Positions 38,269-47,318 of a stretch of 64,000 nt of DNA are shown one piece after another. The position numbers and the translations under genes are program-made. A model generated the notes under the pieces. It did no database searches. It saw nothing but the letters and a program-made list of their open reading frames with translations, and was not told where the DNA came from. Source of the DNA: an uncultured Candidatus Actinomarina sp. (GTDB lineage Bacteria; Actinomycetota; Acidimicrobiia; Actinomarinales; Actinomarinaceae); contig CACJIM010000003.1 of NCBI GenBank assembly GCA_902593475.1, forward strand, positions 10,718-74,717. The letters run 5' to 3'. Position 1 is the first letter of the stretch, and every line of letters starts with the position of its first letter.

Positions 38269-39273
38269 ATGGCAAATGTATCTTTAGTTGGCTTTGGAAG
38301 AATAGGTAGAGATCTATTTAGGCAAACATTGGGTGATACTGATATAAACATTGTATCTATTTCTGACACCGCTGATAAAGCTAACTTAATTTATTTATTA
38401 AAGTACGACTCAATTTACGGAAAGCTAGATGCAGAAATTGAGGAATCTGAAACTGGTATTGTTGTTAATGGTAAAGAAATCATATTTAATTCTTGGAAAA
38501 ATGGTGACGAAGCAAATTGGGATGAACTAAACACTGACATTGTAGTTCTTGCAACTGGTAGACCAAAGACTAAAGATGAAGTTGATAAACATTTATCAAA
38601 AGGTTGCAAAAAAGTAATCGTTGCCTCAACTCCCGAAAATTTTAAAGATATACAAATATATGTTCCTGGTGCAAACGATGAAGATATAGATTTAAACTCT
38701 AGTGTATTTTCCTTAGGTTCCAATACAGCAAATGCAGTTGCACCTATTCTTAAAGCTTTAGATAGTAAAGTTGGGGTTGAAAGAGCATTTCTCACGACTG
38801 TTCATGGATATTCAAATTCAAACCGTTTAGCAGATGTAGCAGGTGAAGGTTTTAGACTTAACAGAGCAGCTGGTGAAAATATTATCCCAAGTATTACTAA
38901 GTCTTCTGAGGTAATATCAAATGTTCTTCCATTCATTGAAGGTAAGATAGCCTCATCATCTATGACAGTACCAATTCCTGACGGAAGTACAGTTGATTTG
39001 ACAATTGATATTAAAACCGAAACAAGTATTGAAGATATTAATAAAATAATTGAAGATGCTTCCAATTCTAATTTAAAAAACATTATTGGATTAACATATG
39101 ATCCAATTGTTTCATCTGATGTTGTAAGAAGCACACTCTCTGGTTTAGTAGACGGATTAGCAACAATGGGCATTAATAATAAAAAAATTAAACTAATTAT
39201 TTGGTTTGATAATGGTTGGGGTTATGCAGCTAGAATTGTCGATACAGTGAAAAAGCTTGGTCAGGTGTTATAA
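38269..39273 (+). CDS. GAPDH paralog lacking the catalytic cysteine (probable pseudo-enzyme)
   Basis: Full GAPDH fold (GFGRIGR NAD motif, TTVHGYS, NIIP). The active-site SCTTNC is replaced by SNTANA. Confidence 0.85.
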   Translation: MANVSLVGFGRIGRDLFRQTLGDTDINIVSISDTADKANLIYLLKYDSIYGKLDAEIEESETGIVVNGKEIIFNSWKNGDEANWDELNTDIVVLATGRPKTKDEVDKHLSKGCKKVIVASTPENFKDIQIYVPGANDEDIDLNSSVFSLGSNTANAVAPILKALDSKVGVERAFLTTVHGYSNSNRLADVAGEGFRLNRAAGENIIPSITKSSEVISNVLPFIEGKIASSSMTVPIPDGSTVDLTIDIKTETSIEDINKIIEDASNSNLKNIIGLTYDPIVSSDVVRSTLSGLVDGLATMGINNKKIKLIIWFDNGWGYAARIVDTVKKLGQVL

Positions 39274-40278
39274 ATGGGTAATGTAGCAATAAACGGTTTT
39301 GGAAGAATTGGACGTTCTATATTAAGAATAATTGTTGAAAATAATTCTGATTTAAATGTTGTTGCAATTAATGACCTCGGTAATTATGAAAATCTTGCAT
39401 ATCTTTTAAAACATGACTCTGTAATGGGCATTTTGGATAGTGATGTAAAAGTTGATGGAGACAATCTTTTAGTTGGAGATAGAGTTATTAAACTTACCTC
39501 AATAAAAGATCCTGCTGAACTTCCATGGAGCGAATTAGATGTAGATGTTGTAATTGAGTCAACTGGAATTTTTAGAGATAATGAATCCCTTAATAAACAC
39601 ATATCTGCTGGTGCTAAAAAAGTATTACTTACTGTACCACCCAAAGATGAAATTGACGCAACAATAGTGTTAGGTGTAAATGATAACGACTTGAAGCCAG
39701 ATGATAAAATTGTCTCTAATGCATCATGTACTACAAACTGTTTAGCACCGATAGCTAAAGTACTGGATGATAATTTTGGAATCAAATCTGGTCTTATGAC
39801 CACAGTACATGCATACACTAATGATCAAGCACTAGCTGAAACAACACATAGTGACTTTAGGAGAGGCAGAAGTGCTACCCAAAATATAATTCCTACTTCA
39901 ACAGGCGCAGCTAAAGCAGTTGGTATGGTTTTACCTGATTTAAACGGTAAATTAGATGGTATGGCAATGAGAGTTCCAGTGCCAGATGGAAGTGTAGTTG
40001 ATTTAGTAGTGGAGTTAGAAAAAGCTGTTTCTATAGACGATGTAAATAAAGCTGTCAAAGAAGCTGCAGATAACGAACTGAAAGGAATTTTAGAGTACTC
40101 TGAAGTGCCTCTTGTCTCTACCGATATATTAAATAATCCACATTCAAGTATTTATGATGCATCTTCTACACAATTAATAGACGAAAATCACGTCAAAGTT
40201 GTATGTTGGTACGACAACGAATGGGGTTACTCAAATAGAGTTGTAGATCTTATTGGAAATCTATTAAACAATGGATAA
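39274..40278 (+). CDS. gap: type I glyceraldehyde-3-phosphate dehydrogenase
   Basis: INGFGRIGR, SNASCTTNCLAP and TTVHAYT all intact. Starts 1 nt after the paralog's stop. Confidence 0.93.
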   Translation: MGNVAINGFGRIGRSILRIIVENNSDLNVVAINDLGNYENLAYLLKHDSVMGILDSDVKVDGDNLLVGDRVIKLTSIKDPAELPWSELDVDVVIESTGIFRDNESLNKHISAGAKKVLLTVPPKDEIDATIVLGVNDNDLKPDDKIVSNASCTTNCLAPIAKVLDDNFGIKSGLMTTVHAYTNDQALAETTHSDFRRGRSATQNIIPTSTGAAKAVGMVLPDLNGKLDGMAMRVPVPDGSVVDLVVELEKAVSIDDVNKAVKEAADNELKGILEYSEVPLVSTDILNNPHSSIYDASSTQLIDENHVKVVCWYDNEWGYSNRVVDLIGNLLNNG

Positions 40279-40687
40279 CAATCTTCCAATCGCTCCGGAA
40301 GCAATTGGAAATTATGTAACATATAAAAAAATTGGAAACTATGTTTACACATCTGGCCATGTACCTATTACAGAACAAAAAAAATATATAGGAAAGGTAC
40401 CGACAGAAATCTCAATAGATGAAGCCTATAAAGCCGCAAAGTTGTGTGCTGAACTTACTATTGCAACAATTAAAAAACATGGGTCTATTGAAAATTTGCA
40501 ACCTGTAAATGTTATTGGTTTTGTAAATGCCAATGAAGGTTTTGAAGACCACGCAAAAGTCCTCAATGGATTTACAGATAAACTTTCAGAATACTTTAGT
40601 GAAAAGTCGACACGATCAGCTGTAGGTGTTGCTAGTTTACCATTAAATGTATGTGTAGAAGTACAGTGTGTTTTTATCCATGGGTAA
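40271..40687 (+). CDS. RidA/YjgF family reactive-intermediate deaminase
   Basis: YjgF/chorismate-mutase-like fold signature. 8-nt overlap with the gap stop. Confidence 0.8.
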   Translation: MDNNLPIAPEAIGNYVTYKKIGNYVYTSGHVPITEQKKYIGKVPTEISIDEAYKAAKLCAELTIATIKKHGSIENLQPVNVIGFVNANEGFEDHAKVLNGFTDKLSEYFSEKSTRSAVGVASLPLNVCVEVQCVFIHG

Positions 40688-41384
40688 ATTAATAGGAATA
40701 TCCACTGGTCTTAAAAATGTAGACATGGCACCTGGTAATATTCCATGCGTTGTTATTAATAGTGATTTTGTTAAAGCATGTAATAACTTCGGAAATACTG
40801 CTGTTATTTTTGGGCCACAAGAAAATTTAGAAATGATAGACATATCAAAATTTGATGCAATAGTAATTTCTGGTGGTGGTGATATTAACCCAAATATCTA
40901 TGGAGAAGAAAAACTCGAAAAAACAATAAGAATTTCGGATAATAGGGATAGCACTGAATTGGCAATGTTTAAATCTGCAGAAGAAAATAATATAAAAACT
41001 CTTGCTATATGTAGAGGACATCAATTATTAAATGTTTATAAAGGTGGGACACTTTATCAAGATCTCAAAGATTGTGGATTTAGTCAAATCGACCACGATA
41101 AACCATTTGATGACGCACGTTCGCATGTTCATGATGTAAATATAGAAAGTAACTCAAAGTTATATAAAATAATTCAAGAAAATGAGATACAAGTAAATTC
41201 AATTCATCATCAGGCAATAAACAAAATTGGTAATGACTTACAAATAACTGCTAAATCATCTGATGGTGTTATTGAGGGTGTAGAGGTCACAAATGGTTGG
41301 AATGCTATAGGAGTGCAATGGCATCCTGAAAACATGCTTGAAGACAATGTAAGCATTAAATTGTTTGAATGGTTAAATAGTTAA
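40668..41384 (+). CDS. class I glutamine amidotransferase-like (C26 gamma-glutamyl hydrolase family)
   Basis: Cys nucleophile elbow (AICRGHQLLN) and the HH catalytic pair near the C-terminus. Confidence 0.8.
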   Translation: MFLSMGKLIGISTGLKNVDMAPGNIPCVVINSDFVKACNNFGNTAVIFGPQENLEMIDISKFDAIVISGGGDINPNIYGEEKLEKTIRISDNRDSTELAMFKSAEENNIKTLAICRGHQLLNVYKGGTLYQDLKDCGFSQIDHDKPFDDARSHVHDVNIESNSKLYKIIQENEIQVNSIHHQAINKIGNDLQITAKSSDGVIEGVEVTNGWNAIGVQWHPENMLEDNVSIKLFEWLNS

Positions 41385-41852
41385 GCTACTGTCCAATAAA
41401 GTTAAGTTATCGTTTTCATAAATAAAGAAATTACTGTTGTAAGGGACACTCATTTCTACACCACTAATTTTGAAAAAATATATATTATTTAACACCTCGT
41501 AACTTAACAACTTGTAATCATTACCTTTTAATTCTTGCCCTATAAAAAAACCAGGCCAAGGTAATTTATTTTCATTAAGAAATGTATCAAGTAAGTTTCT
41601 ATTAATTTTTACATCCATATTTCTTAAATTACTAATTGATTCAATCGTGTCATAAGATTTGAATTTTATTAAATTTCGATTTTTTAAATGTTTTTTAAAT
41701 TCCTCAACAACAAAATTTACACCTTCAATTTGTAATGTAATTTCTTTTAAATCGAAATTGCGAAAAAAATATTCAATATTTATATATTGAAAACCTTTTA
41801 AGGAATGTGGTTTACCTAACTTACCTACAATAAAATAGTTTTGATTAGTCAA
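41373..41852 (-). CDS. rimM: 16S rRNA processing protein RimM
   Basis: N-terminal GKxxKPHGLKG-like motif. Conserved rpsP-KH-rimM order. Confidence 0.8.
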   Translation of the reverse strand: MTNQNYFIVGKLGKPHSLKGFQYINIEYFFRNFDLKEITLQIEGVNFVVEEFKKHLKNRNLIKFKSYDTIESISNLRNMDVKINRNLLDTFLNENKLPWPGFFIGQELKGNDYKLLSYEVLNNIYFFKISGVEMSVPYNSNFFIYENDNLTLLDSSLTI

Positions 41853-42096
41853 TAAATTCTACAGAAGATTGTAAGCCTTCTTCATCCGCTGCAGCTTGTG
41901 CAACAGTTCTGATTGCTCTTGCGACTCTTCCTCTTTTACCAATGACTCTTCCCATATCATCAGGTGAAGTTCTAACCTCTATAGTTACATTTTCATCATC
42001 AGAGTCTGCAACATCAACTTTTACAGATTTAGTATCTTCTACAATCTGATTAACGATGTACTCAACAACATTTTTAACAATTGTACCTGAAGCCAT
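41845..42096 (-). CDS. KH-domain RNA-binding protein (UPF0109)
   Basis: GxxG KH loop (IGKRGRVARAI). Conserved position after rpsP. Confidence 0.88.
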   Translation of the reverse strand: MASGTIVKNVVEYIVNQIVEDTKSVKVDVADSDDENVTIEVRTSPDDMGRVIGKRGRVARAIRTVAQAAADEEGLQSSVEFID

Positions 42097-42500
42097 TATT
42101 CTTCTTCCTTATCAGAGGATTCATCAGAAGATTCATTATTATTTTCTTCGTCTAAATTTTCTTCTTGTTGTTTTTTATTAGCTTTTGAACTGCTTTTAAT
42201 TTTTTCTTCAGGAGCTTGTGGTATGGAAACAACCTCTCCTTTAGTCGAACGCCATTGTGCCCATGCACCTGAAATTTCTAATATTTTTTGTGCCCTTTCA
42301 GAAGGTTGTGCTCCTTTATCTAACCAAGCAACAGCTTTGTCTACATCAATTTCAACCATAGAAGGGTTGTGATGTGGATCGTAATAACCTAAATCTTCTA
42401 TAAATTTGCCATCTCTTGGTGAACGAGAGTCAGCAACTATCACACGGAAAGTTCTATTTTTTTTCTTACCTCTTTGAGCAAGTCTTATTCTTACAGGCAT
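42096..42500 (-). CDS. rpsP: 30S ribosomal protein S16 with acidic C-terminal tail
   Basis: N-terminal S16 fold (MPVRIRLAQRGKKKNRTFRVIVADSRSPRDG). Confidence 0.93.
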   Translation of the reverse strand: MPVRIRLAQRGKKKNRTFRVIVADSRSPRDGKFIEDLGYYDPHHNPSMVEIDVDKAVAWLDKGAQPSERAQKILEISGAWAQWRSTKGEVVSIPQAPEEKIKSSSKANKKQQEENLDEENNNESSDESSDKEEE

Positions 42501-42627
42501 TAATTTCCTTTATTTAAATTGCAATACATTATCTTACATGAAGTTAGACATAAAATGTACATTAAATAGATTAACTTCTTAATAAAAATAACTAGAAAAG
42601 ATTTAATGTTTTGCTAACCTAATTTTG

Positions 42628-43248
42628 ATGCAAGTAATTGAAATTTCACATCCTTTAAAAGATCACTATCTTACAATAATTCGAGACAAGGAAACAGATT
42701 TCGAAAATTTTAGAGAATACTCTTCTAAATTGTCATATCTGCTTTTTATTGAAGGTACAAAAAATATATCAACAAAAGTAAAATCTATAGAGACTCCTTT
42801 AACCAGTATTGATGGTTTAGAAATTGAAAATGAGAATGTTGCCATAGCAGTTTTAAGAGCAGGTTTAGGTCTTGTTGATGGTGTTAAGAACCTACTACCT
42901 AGTACATCATTTGGATACATCGGAGTTCAAAGAAATGAAGAGACCGCTACGCCTGAGTATTATTACGAGAATTTACCAAACTTAGAAAATAAAAATGTTT
43001 TTATTCTAGAACCTATGCTTGCTACTGGCGGTTCTCTTTCATTTGCAATAGACAAGGTCAAAGAACACAATCCTAAAAGCATAATTGCTTTAACAGTTAT
43101 CTCTGCTCCAGAAGGTATTGAAAGATTGAAAAAGGAGCACAGTGATATTACCTTAGTAACTGCAAAAATAGATGAAAAACTTAATGAGAATTGGTACATA
43201 GTTCCTGGACTAGGTGATATGGGAGACAGGCTTTTCGGAACAACCTAA
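42628..43248 (+). CDS. upp: uracil phosphoribosyltransferase
   Basis: PRPP-binding motif (ILEPMLATGGS) and UPRT C-terminus (YIVPGLGDxGDRLFG). Confidence 0.92.
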   Translation: MQVIEISHPLKDHYLTIIRDKETDFENFREYSSKLSYLLFIEGTKNISTKVKSIETPLTSIDGLEIENENVAIAVLRAGLGLVDGVKNLLPSTSFGYIGVQRNEETATPEYYYENLPNLENKNVFILEPMLATGGSLSFAIDKVKEHNPKSIIALTVISAPEGIERLKKEHSDITLVTAKIDEKLNENWYIVPGLGDMGDRLFGTT

Positions 43249-44399
43249 TGAAAAGGTGTTTTCTTGTTGTAATAGATTCTTTAGGTGTTGGTGAAGCACC
43301 GGATGCAAAACAATATGGAGACGAAGGTGTAAATACACTTGGTAATGTCGCAAAGCATGTTCAAGGTGTAGATTTACCCACTTTTGATAAATTAGGATTT
43401 GGGAAGATTACTAATGTTTTAGGACTAGGTACTGAGCACAATGCAACTGTTGGTAGGCTTTCTGAAGTATCTATAGGAAACGACTCAACCACGGGGCATT
43501 GGGAAATTGCAGGTTTAATTACAACACAGGAGTTTGAAATATTTCCAGATGGATTTCCTCATGAACTTATAAGCAAGATAGAAGATGAAATTGGTTATAA
43601 ATTTATTGGGAATATTCATGCTTCAGGTACTGAAATTATTAAAGACCTTGGTGAACAACACATTCAAACCAAAGAACTTATTTTATACACATCTGGTGAC
43701 TCAGTTTTTCAAATAGCTGCCCATGAAGAAATATGCAGTCTTGAAGAGCTTTATAGAATTTGTGAGATCTCTAGAAAGCACTGTAATCAATACAATATAG
43801 GAAGAGTCATCGCTAGACCATTTAGAGGTCCTATTAACGCTTTTGAACGAACTTATGATAGGAAAGATTTTGGAATGAATCCTCCTGGAGAAACACTTCT
43901 AAGTTATGTATCAAAAAATAATTTAAAAACTTACGGAATAGGAAAGATTACTGATTTGTTTGGTACTGAATTTCTTAGTAGTTATGTCCACACTGAAGGA
44001 GATCAAAATGGTATTGACTTTTTGTTAAAAGAAGTTGAATCCGGAGATAATGATTTTACTTTTGTTAATTTAGTTGACCTAGATATGTTGTATGGTCACA
44101 GAGAAGATCCTGATGGTTATTACAAAGGTTTACAAATAATCGATAAAGGTATAGAAAAAGTTATTGAATTATTAAACGAAAATGACTTGCTTATTTTAAC
44201 TGGAGATCATGGTACAGATCCAACAGATGGAAAAACTGACCATTCAAGGGAATATGTTCCATTTGTTGCGTATAAAAATAACGGTAAAGCAAGTTATATT
44301 GGGGATGTTGAAAGCTTTGCAAATATAGCCTCTACTGTTTCAGAATTTTTTAATTTAGAAAATATATTCCCTGGTAAAAGCTTTTTAAATCAAATATAG
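43248..44399 (+). CDS. deoB: phosphopentomutase
   Basis: Alkaline-phosphatase-superfamily DeoB (VIDSLGVGEAPDA, TGDHG). Confidence 0.9.
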   Translation: MKRCFLVVIDSLGVGEAPDAKQYGDEGVNTLGNVAKHVQGVDLPTFDKLGFGKITNVLGLGTEHNATVGRLSEVSIGNDSTTGHWEIAGLITTQEFEIFPDGFPHELISKIEDEIGYKFIGNIHASGTEIIKDLGEQHIQTKELILYTSGDSVFQIAAHEEICSLEELYRICEISRKHCNQYNIGRVIARPFRGPINAFERTYDRKDFGMNPPGETLLSYVSKNNLKTYGIGKITDLFGTEFLSSYVHTEGDQNGIDFLLKEVESGDNDFTFVNLVDLDMLYGHREDPDGYYKGLQIIDKGIEKVIELLNENDLLILTGDHGTDPTDGKTDHSREYVPFVAYKNNGKASYIGDVESFANIASTVSEFFNLENIFPGKSFLNQI

Positions 44400-44418
44400 A
44401 TTATTAATCTGTAAACAT

Positions 44419-45243
44419 ATGATTGAAAAAATAAACGAAGCTAAAGACTTTATAAGTACATTTACCAATAATAAAAACATAGATACGATGATTGTTTTAG
44501 GTTCAGGGATGGGTGGCTTTGAGGATAACTATGAACCATTAAGCCAAGTAGATTACTCAGATATTCCTAATTTTTTAACTCCATCAATTGAAGGACATGC
44601 CGGTAAGTTATCTTTAGTGTCTATTAATAATAAATTAACTGCAATTTTGTCAGGAAGAGCACATTATTATGAAGGATACCCTATTCAAGAACTCGTAATT
44701 CCTATTAGAGCTTTTTCATTGCTTGGTGTAAAAAACCTTGTACTAACAAATGCAGCTGGTGGTATATCAGATAATTATGTTCCTGGAGATATAATTTCAA
44801 TCACGGACCATATAAATTTAACCGGAGATAATCCATTAATTGGCAAGAACCTTGATACATTTGGTCCAAGATTTCCAGATATGTCTGAAGTTTATAGTAG
44901 AAATTTCTTAAAACTTGCCGAGAAGGTATCAGAAAATCATTTTCAATTTAAGACAGGAATTTATGCATGGTTCACGGGACCATCGTACGAAACGCCAGCA
45001 GAAGTTCAATATGCAAAAAATATTGGAGCTGACTTAGTTGGAATGTCAACTGTTCCTGAAGCAATAGTTGCCAAACATGCTGGTATGGAAATCAGTGCTT
45101 TTTCTCTTGTTACAAATCTTGCAGCAGGAATAAGTAAAGATCCACTAAACCATGAAGAAGTTGTTGAAATTGCTGATAAGTCAAAACAAAAACTACAAGG
45201 GTTTATGAAGGAATTTTTATCTGAATTAAATTCAGATAATTAA
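44419..45243 (+). CDS. purine nucleoside phosphorylase (PNP-I / PunA type)
   Basis: GSGMG phosphate loop, HYYEGY, and the conserved GMSTVPE. Confidence 0.88.
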   Translation: MIEKINEAKDFISTFTNNKNIDTMIVLGSGMGGFEDNYEPLSQVDYSDIPNFLTPSIEGHAGKLSLVSINNKLTAILSGRAHYYEGYPIQELVIPIRAFSLLGVKNLVLTNAAGGISDNYVPGDIISITDHINLTGDNPLIGKNLDTFGPRFPDMSEVYSRNFLKLAEKVSENHFQFKTGIYAWFTGPSYETPAEVQYAKNIGADLVGMSTVPEAIVAKHAGMEISAFSLVTNLAAGISKDPLNHEEVVEIADKSKQKLQGFMKEFLSELNSDN

Positions 45244-45265
45244 AAACATAAATTAAAATATAGAT

Positions 45266-46015
45266 ATGAAAATTGCAGTTTGTGCCAAACAAATCCCTGA
45301 TCCAGCAAATGAAGTTACCTACAGTAATGGAACAATTGAAAGACCTGAAGAACAAGTCTTAGATGATACCGACAGATATGGAATTGAAGTTGCTCTTCAG
45401 TTAAAAGAAAAATTTGATGCAGAAGTCACAATAATCTCAATGGGACCATCTGGAACACAGAAGGGTCTTCAACAAGCACTTCAAATGGGCGCAGACAAAG
45501 CTGTATTTGTTGATGACGAATCCTTAAAAGGTGCGAACTCATTAATGACTGCAAATGTTCTTAGTGAATTAGCTAAATCCTTGTCAGCAGATATTGTAAT
45601 ATTTGGCACTGAGTCTACAGATGGTTATTCTGGCACTGTTCCACAGCAAGTTTCAAGATATCTTGACTTAGAATGTATTTCATATGTAAAAGCAGTTGAA
45701 ATTAATGATAACGTTACATTAACTAGACAAACTGTAGAAGGATCTGAAAAATTAAATATGCCAGAAAAATGCGTTATATCTGTAACTGCAGGTGGGGTTG
45801 AACCAAGATACCCAAACTTTAAAGATATTATGGCAGCTAAGTCCAAACCAATAGAACAGGTTTCAATCAGTGACTTAACCATTAACACAACTCAGAATCT
45901 TGAATTCATAGATATTGAAACAGTCGAAAATTCTAAATCCGGTGAGAAAATTACTGATGAAGGTGAAGCCTATCAAGAAATTGTAAATAAATTGAAAGAG
46001 TTAAAAGTAATATGA
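45266..46015 (+). CDS. etfB: electron transfer flavoprotein beta subunit
   Basis: ETF-beta fold. N-terminal MKIAVCAKQIPD is typical of ETF beta. Confidence 0.85.
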   Translation: MKIAVCAKQIPDPANEVTYSNGTIERPEEQVLDDTDRYGIEVALQLKEKFDAEVTIISMGPSGTQKGLQQALQMGADKAVFVDDESLKGANSLMTANVLSELAKSLSADIVIFGTESTDGYSGTVPQQVSRYLDLECISYVKAVEINDNVTLTRQTVEGSEKLNMPEKCVISVTAGGVEPRYPNFKDIMAAKSKPIEQVSISDLTINTTQNLEFIDIETVENSKSGEKITDEGEAYQEIVNKLKELKVI

Positions 46016-46929
46016 AAACTTTAATAATTGGTGAAATTATAAATAACAACCTAAGTTCTGGAACTTTGGAAATATTAGGTAAAGCAAAGTCATTAGATTT
46101 AGATGTTCAAGTTGTAACTGTCGGCAGTGATGAAAATCCATCAATCGGTGTTGATCTATGTAAACAAACCTATCTCAAAAGGCAAAACAATTCATTAAAT
46201 TTATCAAAAGCTGCAACAAAAATTTCTGAAATAATTAAAAATGAGGAAATCAATTTAATTCTAGGATCTTCAACATACATGTGCAGGGATTTAATTTCAT
46301 TTTTATCTGTAGATTTAAACAGTAGTCCAGTATCAAATGTTGTTGATTTTGATGTTGCATCAGGAAATGTATCTACAGTGAATTCTATAAATGGTGGGGA
46401 AAGTTTATACAAAACAAAAATTAATTCAGATCAAGCATTATTACTAATAAGACCAAAAGCATTTGACCCTGTTGAGGTAAATTTTAATGACGATTTTGAA
46501 ACTATTGATTTAGACGGCAGTGATTTAGAAGTTTTTGATATATTTATTGAAGAAAAATCTGGTCCACAGCTTGAAGATTCTAAAGTTGTTATATCAGCTG
46601 GTAGAGGCATGGTTGACAAAGAGAATTTGGAATTAATTGAAACACTAGCTTCAAAATTGAATGCAGCTATTGGTGGTACTAGAGCAATAGTTGATGCTGG
46701 TTGGATGCCTTATTCACAACAAGTAGGACAAACAGGAAAAACTGTAAAGCCAGATGTATATATTGCATGTGGGATTTCTGGAGCAACCCAGCATCAAGTT
46801 GGTATGAAAGATTCAAAATTTGTGATAGCTATTAATAAGGATGAGGAAGCCCCTATTTTTCAATTAGCAGATTTAGGCATAGTCGGTGACACGCTAAGTG
46901 TTATACCTAAATTGAACGACAATATTTAA
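46012..46929 (+). CDS. etfA: electron transfer flavoprotein alpha subunit
   Basis: C-terminal FAD-binding motif (GISGATQHQVGMKDSKFVIAINKDEEAPIF). Confidence 0.88.
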   Translation: MKTLIIGEIINNNLSSGTLEILGKAKSLDLDVQVVTVGSDENPSIGVDLCKQTYLKRQNNSLNLSKAATKISEIIKNEEINLILGSSTYMCRDLISFLSVDLNSSPVSNVVDFDVASGNVSTVNSINGGESLYKTKINSDQALLLIRPKAFDPVEVNFNDDFETIDLDGSDLEVFDIFIEEKSGPQLEDSKVVISAGRGMVDKENLELIETLASKLNAAIGGTRAIVDAGWMPYSQQVGQTGKTVKPDVYIACGISGATQHQVGMKDSKFVIAINKDEEAPIFQLADLGIVGDTLSVIPKLNDNI

Positions 46930-47318
46930 TCTTTAAACTGAATTTTATTATTGTACGGGAGCACATCGTCGAATTTATATTTTTCAAAACTATCCTTGTG
47001 AACAACAATTACATCCTCAACACCAAACTCTGACATTCGCTGCCTAGAAACACCGCAAGGAAATATGGCTTCTTCATCTGCATCAATACATGCCACAGCT
47101 AATATATCAATTTTTGTTTCACCTTCTGAAATGGCTTTGAGTACAGCTACATCCTCTCCACAAACAGTTGCCGGATAAGATACATTTTCTATATTGCAAC
47201 CTGTATATACATTTCCTGAATCTGCAATAAGTGCTGCTCCAACTCTAAAATTTGAATATGGTGCATAAGCTTTTTTTGCAGTATCTCTAGCTAATTGTGC
47301 TAATTCTTGATCATTCAT
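46926..47318 (-). CDS. cdd: cytidine deaminase
   Basis: Zinc ligands C/HxE and PCGxCRQ (CGEDVAV, PCGVSRQ). About 130 aa, homotetramer type. Confidence 0.88.
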   Translation of the reverse strand: MNDQELAQLARDTAKKAYAPYSNFRVGAALIADSGNVYTGCNIENVSYPATVCGEDVAVLKAISEGETKIDILAVACIDADEEAIFPCGVSRQRMSEFGVEDVIVVHKDSFEKYKFDDVLPYNNKIQFKD

